A stretch of DNA of 41,306 nt from a virus (IMGVR_UViG_3300037424_000441:1-41306), one strand, 5' to 3'; numbered from the stretch's first letter, positions 8,239-17,319 are shown. The notes: a model not told the origin generated them from the letters alone. Made by a program: numbers and translations.

Positions 8239-9045
8239 GTGGAAACGACAACAGAACACGCCGAAGGCAAGGCAAGAAAGCCGAACCTGGACGAAGATTA
8301 CCCACCTATTGAAATATCCATTATTGACGGGACTCATCCGGTCGTGGCAACCGTCTCGCCACAGGCCCATAGTCTCTACATCCGGCTACTTGGTTTCTGT
8401 TGGAGGCACCGCTGGGAGGACATTCCAGAAGTGTACTGTGACGCCAGAATTCTGCAAAATGCGCTCGGTCTCGCACGCACAAATCGTCGGTCATTTGTCA
8501 GACATTTGTACGAACTTCATCAGTCCAACGCGATAAAAATATCGAGTTTTGGTAACGCACGAGACTTTTATCCGACAAACGTCAGACAATTGACATCTAT
8601 CCATGTTGCGGGACTTAGACTTAAGTGGCCGCATCGACGCCTAAACAGAACAGAACAGAACAAACAGAACAAACAGGCCGCGTCGTCTTCGACTCCGCCT
8701 GTTTTGGATGCTCTTTCTGAGAAACCCCAAAAGCAAAAGGACCGCGAAGACTTCTTTGAACACTGGCGGGCTGAGTACTTGGCCGACCGGAAAATCAAGT
8801 ACGTGGACATCCCCGGCGATGCCAAAGCCATCCCAAAGCTAATTCAAGCCTCTGGGGGTTTGGCCGAGGCTTGCCGTTTGGCTTCGTTGTTCATTCGCGG
8901 CCCGGACGAATGGCAGCGAGCCAACACGACGATACGGGTGATGCAGTCGAGGATCAACGCACTGAGAGAAGGAAATGGCAATGGAACAGACAACGCAATC
9001 GACAGAGCAAGGCGTCAACTGGTCGGCTCTACCAATGCCGGATGA
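8239..9045 (+). CDS. Replication initiator (lambda O-like architecture)
   Basis: N-terminal wHTH-like AHSLYIRLLGFCW, internal AACAG repeats, C-terminal DFFEHWRAEY domain; position upstream of rusA. Confidence 0.65.
   Translation: METTTEHAEGKARKPNLDEDYPPIEISIIDGTHPVVATVSPQAHSLYIRLLGFCWRHRWEDIPEVYCDARILQNALGLARTNRRSFVRHLYELHQSNAIKISSFGNARDFYPTNVRQLTSIHVAGLRLKWPHRRLNRTEQNKQNKQAASSSTPPVLDALSEKPQKQKDREDFFEHWRAEYLADRKIKYVDIPGDAKAIPKLIQASGGLAEACRLASLFIRGPDEWQRANTTIRVMQSRINALREGNGNGTDNAIDRARRQLVGSTNAG
8643..8677 (+). repeat. AACAG/AAAC tandem repeats, putative replication origin
   Basis: AAACAGAACAGAACAGAACAAACAGAACAAACAGG within the initiator gene; GTCAGACA also repeated at 8497 and 8581. Confidence 0.6.
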
Positions 9046-9463
9046 CGTGAAGGCGGCGGTGTTGAATGCAATTGATGCGTGGGCGATCAACTGGCGTGTG
9101 CAGGGCAAGGTAAATGACAAGCTCATCGGGCTTTGGATGGGCAATGTCAACGCGGCACGGCTAACAGCGGATCAAGTCAACGACGCGGCCCGGTACTGCC
9201 TCAACGATCTCGAATTCTTCCCGGTGTGGTCGCAGTTCATCCAGCGAGTGACAAGGGATGAGCCGAAGTTGACGGGTCCGGTTGCCACGATGGACCGGAT
9301 TGCTGGCAAGCACGGTGCGCCGTGGTGGTTCACTCTGACGGCGAAGCTGATGAAGGCCAAGGTGCCGATGGAAAAGATCGGGGACGAGCTGATGGCTGAG
9401 GCCAAGCGAAAGAACGAGACATTGCCGAGCGGGTTGTATCTCGGCGCCGGGAGGGTATCGTGA
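8981..9463 (+). CDS. Hypothetical protein, possible helicase loader or loader partner
   Basis: Overlaps the end of the initiator; EFFPVWSQFI resembles the 'FP..A.I' motif of such partners. Confidence 0.5.
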   Translation: MEQTTQSTEQGVNWSALPMPDDVKAAVLNAIDAWAINWRVQGKVNDKLIGLWMGNVNAARLTADQVNDAARYCLNDLEFFPVWSQFIQRVTRDEPKLTGPVATMDRIAGKHGAPWWFTLTAKLMKAKVPMEKIGDELMAEAKRKNETLPSGLYLGAGRVS

Positions 9464-9744
9464 CGACGGAAGAAAAGGTCCAGCGGCATCGTGAAGCGGC
9501 AAGGCTCTGGCGTGAAAATAACCCCGAAAAAGCGCGAGCGTCATCGCGTGATGCCAATCGACGCAAGAGCAAAGAGCGGTACGCGCGGGATTACATCGGC
9601 GAGCCCACAGACTCGGTGAAGCCGAGCATCAAGCGGGATGAGGTTCACAACGCAAGTGACATCATGCACGCCACCCCGGATCAGGCAGTGAGAATGCTCA
9701 ATGCGATTCTCTCGGGGCGTGACGTGTTCGTGGGAGTGCGGTGA
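9460..9744 (+). CDS. Hypothetical basic protein
   Basis: GGGAGGG RBS, GTGA coupling; WRENNPEK. Confidence 0.6.
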   Translation: MTTEEKVQRHREAARLWRENNPEKARASSRDANRRKSKERYARDYIGEPTDSVKPSIKRDEVHNASDIMHATPDQAVRMLNAILSGRDVFVGVR

Positions 9745-10223
9745 CTGAGCTAATCATCCGCGTGCCGGGAACTCCGGTGGCACAGCCACGAACCAAGGCA
9801 ATGCGTGCAGGTGCGTTCGTGAGAGTCTACACCCCGGACGGCGCCAACGCGTGGAAGGATGTGATTGCACACTTCGCGCAACAGGCGGCCATAGCGGCAG
9901 GATGGGCCAAACCCACTGCGAGGGCTGGTCTCTGCGTGGACATCGACTTCCACTTCGCCAAGCCGTCCGGGTTTCGCAAGGCCGATCTGTGGAAATTCAC
10001 CAAGCCCGATCGTGACAATCTCGACAAGGCGGTTCTGGATGGACTGACCTGGTCCGGGATCATTCACGACGATGCCCAGGTGGTCGACGGTCGAATCCGC
10101 AAGCTGATCGACGACGACTGGCACGGGGCGGTGATTCGTATCTCACTCGCCGACTCCCCTGATCTCCCCATCGGTCACAAGTCCACTCCCATGCCCACCG
10201 CGCAGGAGGCGCTCGCGATTTGA
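9741..10223 (+). CDS. rusA: RusA-family Holliday junction resolvase
   Basis: PGTPVAQPR..VYTP, KPDRDNLDKAVLDGL, IIHDDAQVV. Confidence 0.93.
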   Translation: MTELIIRVPGTPVAQPRTKAMRAGAFVRVYTPDGANAWKDVIAHFAQQAAIAAGWAKPTARAGLCVDIDFHFAKPSGFRKADLWKFTKPDRDNLDKAVLDGLTWSGIIHDDAQVVDGRIRKLIDDDWHGAVIRISLADSPDLPIGHKSTPMPTAQEALAI

Positions 10224-10438
10224 GCGAGAAACTCTCACGTGAAGAGGCTGCTGCCCTGCTTTTGGACGCGCTTAAGCCGCTGCATTTGCCGTTCCCGTAC
10301 AAGGGCGGATGGACGCAAATCCTCGGCGATGCTGCTTGTTTATCCCCAGGTCGAATCTCCAACATGGCCTCCTCTGGCAGAAAATCGTTAAGTCTAAAAC
10401 GAAAATCGTTAAGTGGGAATCCCTTGACACGTGCGTAG
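10220..10438 (+). CDS. Small hypothetical protein, possible HTH
   Basis: AGGAGG RBS before TTG; LGDAACLSPGRISNM. Confidence 0.4.
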   Translation: MSEKLSREEAAALLLDALKPLHLPFPYKGGWTQILGDAACLSPGRISNMASSGRKSLSLKRKSLSGNPLTRA

Positions 10439-10451
10439 TATCGGCACGTGT
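10380..10451 (+). promoter_or_regulatory. Putative late-control or packaging region: 14-bp direct repeat, TTGACA and an inverted repeat
   Basis: GAAAATCGTTAAGT at 10380 and 10401; TTGACA at 10424; ACACGTGC-N9-GCACGTGT. Confidence 0.45.
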
Positions 10452-11001
10452 GGGAACTGAAGCGGGTAAATCGGGCAGAGCCGACAAAGCGTTCATCGAC
10501 GCAGGAACGGCTAAAATCATTGCCGCAAAAGGCGATGAACCGGACGCGAGTGAGCGGGATGTCGCCCGTATCACGGGCTTACCAAAATCCACAGTCCACG
10601 ACAAACTTAAACGCCTTGAAGAGTCCGAGCCGATTCAGGCAATACGGCGTGGGATCATCACGCTGCTGCCTCAAGCGAAGAAAGTCTACACCCAAACTCT
10701 CGCCGATGGGCCGTGCCCTCACTGCAACGGCGGGCCGAATGGTGCTCTGCGCCTTACTGCTGCTCGTGACGTTTTCAAAGGCGTCGGCATCTTCAAAGAC
10801 CACAGCAAATCAGAGAACACTTCTGTCCCCGTCACGCCAGACCAACTTGTCGATGCAGTCTTTGCCCTCGACGATGACCAGTATGCAGAGTTCACTTCGA
10901 TATTCGCCGAACGAATCCGAGAGCTTCGAGACAGCGTCGACACTGCGCAGGCAGATCCCGCGTCCACTGTGGCTGGCGAAGACTCAACACCGGACGCATA
11001 A
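10450..11001 (+). CDS. Putative terminase small subunit (HTH)
   Basis: SERDVARITGLPKSTVHDKL HTH; immediately upstream of and overlapping TerL; start uncertain. Confidence 0.7.
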   Translation: MGTEAGKSGRADKAFIDAGTAKIIAAKGDEPDASERDVARITGLPKSTVHDKLKRLEESEPIQAIRRGIITLLPQAKKVYTQTLADGPCPHCNGGPNGALRLTAARDVFKGVGIFKDHSKSENTSVPVTPDQLVDAVFALDDDQYAEFTSIFAERIRELRDSVDTAQADPASTVAGEDSTPDA

Positions 11002-12514
11002 AGGCATACGCCTCGACTTCAAACGTCATGCGTACCTGGAGGGTTGGCTGCGCGACGAAGCGCGGGTTAAGGTTCTTGAGAAAAACGCCCAGGGCGGATG
11101 GTCGGAAATTAAAATCGCCGAGCAGATTGCATTCCTCGAACGCGGCCTGTCGATCTTCGAGGTCTGGCCAAATGACGATCTCCGAAACAAGTGGGTGAAT
11201 GAGCGGCTTGACCCGACGATACAGGTAACGCCGTTTTATCGACAGCTTGCTGAATCATCCACGACCCGCACTCGCAAGGGCGCAGTCGATGCAGTGACGA
11301 TGAAGATGGTCGGCATGGGATCGATTGCGATGGTCGGCTCGAATGCGCCGGCCAATTTCTTTTCGATTCCGTCGGATGTGAACTACGTCGAGGAGCTCGA
11401 CAAGTGCGATCAGGGAAACCTAAATCTCGCCAAGTCACGCATGGGTCACTCCGAGTTTCGCTTCGAGCGGTTCATCGGCAATCCAACGCATGAGGGATTC
11501 GGGATCGATGAGCTGTACGGCAAGAGCGATCAGCGTCAGTGGTTTATCCCCTGCCCACACTGCGGCTATAAGCAAGTCATCGACTGGTTCAAGCATGTCG
11601 TGCGTGAGGTCGATGAAGGCCGATTTGAATTACTCAGCACCAACGGCATTCCCGAAGTTGTCTGCGAGAAATGCAATCGGGCGATGGATCGCTATGCCAG
11701 GGGAGAATGGGTTGCAACGCATCCAGGCCGGGAAGTACACGGCTATCGGATCAGCGCGGTGCATGCTGGATTCGTACCGATGCGCGAACTGTTCGATGAG
11801 TTCATCGACGCCCTGCACGATCCGAGTAAGATGCAAGCGTTTTATAATCAGCGGCTCGGTAAAGCGTATGCGGCTAAGGGGCTGAAACTCACAGAGGCCA
11901 TGCTTCGAGGGTTCTGTGCCGACCATACACGCGTGACCGCTTTCACCGGCCCATGCTATGGCGGTTGTGACATCGGCTCTATGCTCAACGTGACGATCAT
12001 GGACCATCAGCGCCGCGTGATTTATATCGACCAATTTCAGGAATTCAGTCGGCTTGAAAAACTGATGACCGACTTCCCCGAACTCCGTCTTTGCGTTGAT
12101 GCGTATCCCGAGACGCGTAAGGTTATAGATTTCGCAGCAAAGTTCAAAGGCCGTGTCTGGCGCGTTGACTTCACGCTGAAAGACAATTCCGATCCGCATT
12201 ACCTCATGGTTCCCGATGAGCGCCTTGTCAAATGCGCGCGCACTCAGACAATCGACCGCGCGGTTGCGGCGTTCTACGAGGAACCGGTCGCACGACTCCC
12301 TCGTGACGTGATGGGCGTGGCTGACTACAAAGACCAAATGACCGCATCGAATCGCGTAGAAGAACGGTCGAAAGATCGCGTCGTATATCGCTGGGTTGAG
12401 GGAAGCAAGAAGGATCATTACTTCCTCTCGTGGGCGTATACAAATCTCGCATGGGAGCTGAAGGGTTCGGTCTCTTTCGTTTCCTCGTTCGGGCGGGGGG
12501 CTTCGGTTGGCTGA
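10883..12514 (+). CDS. Terminase large subunit, lambda GpA family
   Basis: Walker A-like KNAQGGWS, Walker B-like YVEELD, GNPT, Zn motif CPHC...CEKC, FYNQRLGKAY, nuclease GCDIG...KDHY; start uncertain (10874 or 10883). Confidence 0.9.
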   Translation: MQSSLRYSPNESESFETASTLRRQIPRPLWLAKTQHRTHKGIRLDFKRHAYLEGWLRDEARVKVLEKNAQGGWSEIKIAEQIAFLERGLSIFEVWPNDDLRNKWVNERLDPTIQVTPFYRQLAESSTTRTRKGAVDAVTMKMVGMGSIAMVGSNAPANFFSIPSDVNYVEELDKCDQGNLNLAKSRMGHSEFRFERFIGNPTHEGFGIDELYGKSDQRQWFIPCPHCGYKQVIDWFKHVVREVDEGRFELLSTNGIPEVVCEKCNRAMDRYARGEWVATHPGREVHGYRISAVHAGFVPMRELFDEFIDALHDPSKMQAFYNQRLGKAYAAKGLKLTEAMLRGFCADHTRVTAFTGPCYGGCDIGSMLNVTIMDHQRRVIYIDQFQEFSRLEKLMTDFPELRLCVDAYPETRKVIDFAAKFKGRVWRVDFTLKDNSDPHYLMVPDERLVKCARTQTIDRAVAAFYEEPVARLPRDVMGVADYKDQMTASNRVEERSKDRVVYRWVEGSKKDHYFLSWAYTNLAWELKGSVSFVSSFGRGASVG

Positions 12515-14192
12515 TTCAACTCCCGCTGGATTCGTTGCGCGCAAGAGCGGACTGTTGGTCAAGTCCGACTTGGCACTTGAGGCCACGGCCAACAGTCAAT
12601 TCAGTTGGCAGTTGACGGGCCTCGACGACCCAACGAAGCGCGGGCAGGACTCATTCGACTACCGCAAAGAGCGGGTGTTTCAGGAGATCGAGACATCCCG
12701 TAAGCGCGACCCGCTGGTATTCCGTGGTGTCGATTACTACGACAAGCTGGGCATCGGGATCGGGATCGAGTTTTCGTCAGACTGTCCCGAGACGGATTTC
12801 CTCGCATACTCAGAGGCGGTTTGGGAAACCAACGATCTCGACGACGGCCAGCATCAGGCATCGAACGAACTGGTGACGACGGCGAATCTATTCACGCGTG
12901 TGCCGGTTGAGTTTGAGGGCGATATCCCTGTCGTACAGCTTATCCCCTCAACACAGATCGAACGCATAGCGACAAAGGACGGCAAGCCGATTTACTACCG
13001 CCGGCGCTGGGAGGAGTTGACGTATCCTGAGCCGAAGATTGGCCCGCAGCCGGGGCGCGCCGCAATTGCTCCTAAGATCAAGATCATGTACGAGGACATC
13101 CCTGCCGAGGAGATGGTGCACACTGCCATCAATCGCACGGCAGGGGAGTTGCGCGGCACGTCGATGTTAGAGCCGTCGATTTATTGGACATCACTCTATG
13201 GCCGGACGCTCGAAACGATTTGGTCAGCGGCGGTTGCCAAGTCGATTGTTGGCAATCACGTCATCATCGACCAGCCGACGCTTGACGCTGTCAATCTGGT
13301 CAAGTCGGCGATGGAGGCGCAGCTCGTTAACAAGACCGATCCGCGCGGGCAGACTTACAAGACGATGGCGCCTGGGCAAATGCTCATCACTGGCCCGGAC
13401 GTGAAGATGGCATCACTGACCGCCAACGTCAGCGCCGGATCACAGGACGATGAGATTCGCCGCATTATGCTCATGGCTGCCGTCGGTATGGGCGCGCCGG
13501 AATATGTGCTGTCCGACGGCAACAGCACGAACGTCGCCACCTCGCAATCACAGAGCGATCCGTATTTCCGCATGATGCAGTCGCATCAGCATGTCATCAT
13601 CAAGCATTTCCAGAAAGCGTATCGTAAGGTGTTTGACCGATTCGTCAAGGCGGGGCGATTCACTGGACTCGCAAAGCCAGAGGGCAAAACGCATATCTCC
13701 GACTGGCTCAAGATGTCAGCGCCGAATTTACTCACGCCGGACGTTGAGACGTTGGGGCCAGTGGCTGTGCAATTGGTCGCCGCTAAGATTTGGTCGCATG
13801 AGTACGCGCTGCAACAGTTGAGCGGCGGGGCGGTGACTTGGCCAGAGATGTCCAAGAAGATCGACGAAGAAATCCAGGCGGGGTTTGCGCCGGCTGAACC
13901 ACAGGTGAATCAGGGCCTTACACTTCCCCAGTCGTCGCGTGCGAATCAGTTGAATCTGCCTTTGGCGGCATCGGCGGCGGTTGAGGATACGCCGGCTGAG
14001 ACGCCGACGATGAAGTCAAAGAAGATTCTTAAGAAGACGCTCGCGGCCTTCATCGAGGAGGCCAAGGCGAGCAAGGGCGACAAAGGGAAGATTGACGCGG
14101 CCTATCGGAAGTTTCTGGATGAGGCGCGCATGGAGATGTTCGGGATGATCGACGAAGCGCGGCAATTGGGTGCGCAGAGCGTGGCGGCTTAG
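12507..14192 (+). CDS. Portal protein
   Basis: Follows TerL; IPAEEMVHTAINR..ELRGTSMLEP; MGAPEYVLSD..N.ATS. Confidence 0.85.
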   Translation: MADSTPAGFVARKSGLLVKSDLALEATANSQFSWQLTGLDDPTKRGQDSFDYRKERVFQEIETSRKRDPLVFRGVDYYDKLGIGIGIEFSSDCPETDFLAYSEAVWETNDLDDGQHQASNELVTTANLFTRVPVEFEGDIPVVQLIPSTQIERIATKDGKPIYYRRRWEELTYPEPKIGPQPGRAAIAPKIKIMYEDIPAEEMVHTAINRTAGELRGTSMLEPSIYWTSLYGRTLETIWSAAVAKSIVGNHVIIDQPTLDAVNLVKSAMEAQLVNKTDPRGQTYKTMAPGQMLITGPDVKMASLTANVSAGSQDDEIRRIMLMAAVGMGAPEYVLSDGNSTNVATSQSQSDPYFRMMQSHQHVIIKHFQKAYRKVFDRFVKAGRFTGLAKPEGKTHISDWLKMSAPNLLTPDVETLGPVAVQLVAAKIWSHEYALQQLSGGAVTWPEMSKKIDEEIQAGFAPAEPQVNQGLTLPQSSRANQLNLPLAASAAVEDTPAETPTMKSKKILKKTLAAFIEEAKASKGDKGKIDAAYRKFLDEARMEMFGMIDEARQLGAQSVAA

Positions 14193-14320
14193 TGGACTCT
14201 CTGGTTGTTATCGCTGAGCGAATTGATTCGCGGCTAAATACGGTGATGCTGCTCGCGATATTTTGGAGCGTCGTCGTTGTGTGGCGCGGTCTCAATTCAT
14301 ATTTCCGGGGAAAGAAGTGA
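14192..14320 (+). CDS. 42-aa single-TM membrane peptide
   Basis: My translation VDSLVVIAERIDSRLNTVMLLAIFWSVVVVWRGLNSYFRGKK*; fills the gap exactly. Confidence 0.5.
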   Translation: MDSLVVIAERIDSRLNTVMLLAIFWSVVVVWRGLNSYFRGKK

Positions 14321-14321
14321 C

Positions 14322-14735
14322 ATGCCGACAGCCGATGCATTCGCGGTCGCAATCAAAGCGCGGTTCTCGGACGACCTTGCGGGTATCGCCAAGAATATCG
14401 CTGATGGGGCTGCCAAGGCGTGGGAGCTTGACGACCTCACGATCTTCGAGGAAACGATCACGCTCGTCGAGCAGGATGCTCAGTACCGTCTGGAATTGGC
14501 TACGGAGTCGGCGGGCTGGCAGGGCTACCAGGTTGGGCGAGTCGATGCGATTGCGGAGGGCGGGGATGGATTCAGGTGGATACTCGATCCCGGTGCCCAG
14601 CATTGCGACGACTGCATTTCCCGATCACAGGGCGGACCGTACACCTTTGACGAATTGGTCGAAACCGTCGGGATTCCCGGCGATGCACCGACAGAATGCG
14701 ATGGAGGTTGCAGATGCAGCTTAGAAGCGGCGTAG
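14322..14735 (+). CDS. Minor head protein, Mu gpF/SPP1 gp7-like C-terminal domain
   Basis: RWILDPGAQHCDDC...PG...CDGGCRCSL. Confidence 0.75.
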   Translation: MPTADAFAVAIKARFSDDLAGIAKNIADGAAKAWELDDLTIFEETITLVEQDAQYRLELATESAGWQGYQVGRVDAIAEGGDGFRWILDPGAQHCDDCISRSQGGPYTFDELVETVGIPGDAPTECDGGCRCSLEAA

Positions 14736-15220
14736 CGTTGATTGCACTTGCGGGATTGTTGGTCTTGGCTTTGGCCCCGAATGCGAATACGGGTGGGATC
14801 TCTACGACCACGTTCCCGGTTCAAAACGACTCGGCCAACGTGTCCCTGACCACGTTCTTCATCTGGGACTCAGCGGGTGTTGGCGCAAGCGCCGACTTCG
14901 ATACGTCCATCGTCTACGATTCGCGCTATTGGGACGACATCACGGTCGGGTTGAAGTCGCGTCCCGGCTGTCAGCCGTGCCTTGCGGTTGCGGCGGCGGC
15001 GGGAGACTCTGGCGCGGTAGTTGTCGTCCTACAGCAATCGAACGATGGAATCTATTGGACGCCTATCGACTCGATCACTGCCGCAGATTCTCTGCCTGTG
15101 TTCAAAGACATGACGCCGCAGAAATACGCATTCTCGCGATTCGTGGCGCATCACGGCGCGAAGACCGACAGTTCGGGAACAAAGGCAATTGTAACCATTA
15201 GGCCGTGGGGTCAATACTGA
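14714..15220 (+). CDS. Beta-sandwich protein with an N-terminal signal or hydrophobic segment
   Basis: GGAGG RBS; VALIALAGLLVLALA; VVLQQSNDGIYW. Confidence 0.65.
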   Translation: MQLRSGVALIALAGLLVLALAPNANTGGISTTTFPVQNDSANVSLTTFFIWDSAGVGASADFDTSIVYDSRYWDDITVGLKSRPGCQPCLAVAAAAGDSGAVVVVLQQSNDGIYWTPIDSITAADSLPVFKDMTPQKYAFSRFVAHHGAKTDSSGTKAIVTIRPWGQY

Positions 15221-15275
15221 TCTAAGCCATGCCGAAATGTCGGACGGCTGATCCCCGCACCGACGATAAAGTCGA

Positions 15276-15330
15276 GGCCCAATGCCTCCTACCCGCGACC
15301 TCGCAGGGTATGGGGCGGCGGGCCTTTTTT
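15276..15330 (+). terminator. Putative intrinsic terminator inside the head operon
   Basis: GGCCC..GCCTC-CTACCC-GCGA/TCGC-GGGTA-GGGGC..GGGCC followed by TTTTTT. Confidence 0.5.
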
Positions 15331-15346
15331 CGGCCCAGAGGACACG

Positions 15347-15781
15347 ATGACAGAGCTACTCGACAGATTGACACATACAGGCGGACCGGTCAAGCATCGG
15401 GATGCCCTTGCGCGGAAGATTAAGAATCTAAACCGCTACGAACTTCAGCCTGGGGATGTCATTGGCCCCAATCTGTCTAACGCTGAATATGCGAGAGTGC
15501 TTCGCGGGTACTCGGCCTTGTGGCAGCTACCGGATGATGTAAAGAGCCACCCCCAAGCGGCGCAGCGGGCGTATTTGATGACATTTAACAACTGGCTTGC
15601 CAAGTGCGGTGACCATGCCAAGTCGACGCGCGCTGCATACAAGGCTCTTCGCAACAAGCTATCACAACTGCAAGACATGAAACGGCGCTCGTTCAATCGG
15701 GGCGGGTTCGACGAGGGATTGGTCACGTGGGGCGTTAAGCGGCTCGCACAGGGCCCGAAGGTTCAGATCGTTGTCCCGTGA
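15347..15781 (+). CDS. ChaB-domain protein
   Basis: LPDDVKSHPQAAQRAYLMTFNN...STRAAYKALRNK resembles the ChaB consensus LP..V...P..AQ.IY...FN....A...AW.AV. Confidence 0.65.
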   Translation: MTELLDRLTHTGGPVKHRDALARKIKNLNRYELQPGDVIGPNLSNAEYARVLRGYSALWQLPDDVKSHPQAAQRAYLMTFNNWLAKCGDHAKSTRAAYKALRNKLSQLQDMKRRSFNRGGFDEGLVTWGVKRLAQGPKVQIVVP

Positions 15782-17289
15782 GGGGGAAGGCAGGGAATAT
15801 GACACACGCGGAATTGATGCAGAGACGCAAGGAGATCGAGGACGGGATCACGGTCGCCGTGCATTCGATTCCTGTGGTGTTCGAGACGACGCCCGGCATT
15901 CCGGAAAATCCCGATGAGCCGAAGGCGTCTGAGGGGATGGAGGCGTTTCGCTCCAAGGTCTACGACGCGATCAACGCGCACGGTTGGAATGTCTACATGA
16001 ACGCGATGGCCGAACACGATTTCATCATCATGGAGCTTTACGATTCGTCGGCAATCTGTCAGGACACGCTGAACGGGAAATACTACAAGCTGCCGATCAC
16101 GGTCGATGCGGACGGTGGTGTCGTGCTCGGGGATCCCGAAGAGTACGACATCACATACACGCCAGCGGAATCAGCCCCGACCGAGATGATCGATGAGCCA
16201 CCCGCGTCGTTGAATGCCGGGGGCTCACGCATGCGGTCGTCAAGGATTCCACTGCAATGCGAAGCGATGGACGGCAGGCCGGGCGTCTACCGGATTCTGA
16301 TTTGCTCGTCCGGGTTCGCAAAGAAGTGGGTCAAGCACAACGGCGAGCGTGTGCAAATGTATTTGCCAATAGAAACACTCGTGGATGGAGTGAAGGAGGG
16401 GCGCTTCGATGGAGGCCGATCATTCCTAAACCATCCAAACGGAAATAGAGAAGAAACCGGTAAGCCGAAACGCGAGAAAGTTGCCTCCGGGTATGTCATT
16501 CCCGGGACAGTCGAGGTAGTGAAGAATCTCGCAGGAGGCGTTGACGTGTTTGGTCAACTGAAGGTCTTGGCGACTTCGGATGGATCAGATGTCAAGGTCG
16601 TCCTGGACGAACAACACGAGCTGCGCAAAATCGGGCTCAATGTCACCCTGATTGAGAATTCTATCTTCTCCGAGAATGTGGATTGGGAATTGGGAGAGGT
16701 AGAGGGGCGTCGTGTCCTGGAACTCGCAAAGCTAAACGAGCGGGTGGACGTTGACTTCGTTGACAACCCGGCGATTCCCCGGGCGTCCGTGAAGGGGCGT
16801 CTTGCCGCAAGCGCATCACCGGATCAAACGAAAGGGAGTCTCTCGATGGACGAGAAACAGGAACTCGCACAACTGCGCAAGGACGTGGCTGAGTTGAAAC
16901 CACTGGTAACAACCCTGGCGGCCAGCGCAGACGAAAACAAGAAGAAGGCCGACCGGCTCGAATTGGAAAAGACGGTCGATGCCGAGTTGTCGGCGTCGGG
17001 CATGACGGTGGACGATCAGAAGATCGTGCGCCCGATCCTGCTCGCAATCTCCGACTCTGATCTCCGCAAGGCGCAGCTTGAAATGTCGAAGCGTGCATTT
17101 CTGAGCACCGCGAAAGCCGGCGCGTCGGGCGGCAATGGCGGAGCGGACAACGGCGATGGCAAGAAGACGACGCCAAAGCCTCTGAATGCCGAGGTTCAGA
17201 CAGCGATCGAGCGCGCGGCCAAAACTGTCGGCCTGAGCGCAGATCAGATCGCAAACGCACAACTCAAGGTCATGGGCGCTGCCGAGTAG
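15778..17289 (+). CDS. Prohead protease-scaffold fusion (Mu gpI-like role)
   Basis: SFLNHP, VDFVDNPA motifs; coiled-coil C-terminus; upstream of the capsid genes; the start may be 15799. Confidence 0.8.
   Translation: MRGKAGNMTHAELMQRRKEIEDGITVAVHSIPVVFETTPGIPENPDEPKASEGMEAFRSKVYDAINAHGWNVYMNAMAEHDFIIMELYDSSAICQDTLNGKYYKLPITVDADGGVVLGDPEEYDITYTPAESAPTEMIDEPPASLNAGGSRMRSSRIPLQCEAMDGRPGVYRILICSSGFAKKWVKHNGERVQMYLPIETLVDGVKEGRFDGGRSFLNHPNGNREETGKPKREKVASGYVIPGTVEVVKNLAGGVDVFGQLKVLATSDGSDVKVVLDEQHELRKIGLNVTLIENSIFSENVDWELGEVEGRRVLELAKLNERVDVDFVDNPAIPRASVKGRLAASASPDQTKGSLSMDEKQELAQLRKDVAELKPLVTTLAASADENKKKADRLELEKTVDAELSASGMTVDDQKIVRPILLAISDSDLRKAQLEMSKRAFLSTAKAGASGGNGGADNGDGKKTTPKPLNAEVQTAIERAAKTVGLSADQIANAQLKVMGAAE
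16846..17289 (+). CDS. Nested scaffolding protein (internal in-frame start)
   Basis: AAAGGGAG RBS before in-frame ATG 16846 (MDEKQELAQLRK...), analogous to lambda C/Nu3 and Mu I/Z. Confidence 0.55.
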   Translation: MDEKQELAQLRKDVAELKPLVTTLAASADENKKKADRLELEKTVDAELSASGMTVDDQKIVRPILLAISDSDLRKAQLEMSKRAFLSTAKAGASGGNGGADNGDGKKTTPKPLNAEVQTAIERAAKTVGLSADQIANAQLKVMGAAE

Positions 17290-17319
17290 TTCATGGGGCG
17301 CCATTGAAGGGAGTACGAC

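Noticed and set aside
10448-10882. N-terminal 145 aa of the 688-aa TerL ORF
   Set aside because: It lies over the HTH-containing terS frame and has shadow-like composition. TerL motifs begin only after ~11000.
11630-12592. Long antisense ORFs (e.g. 11630-12592, 31259-32098, 35279-36019)
   Set aside because: They lie opposite well-supported genes in a GC-rich genome, with no RBS or motifs.
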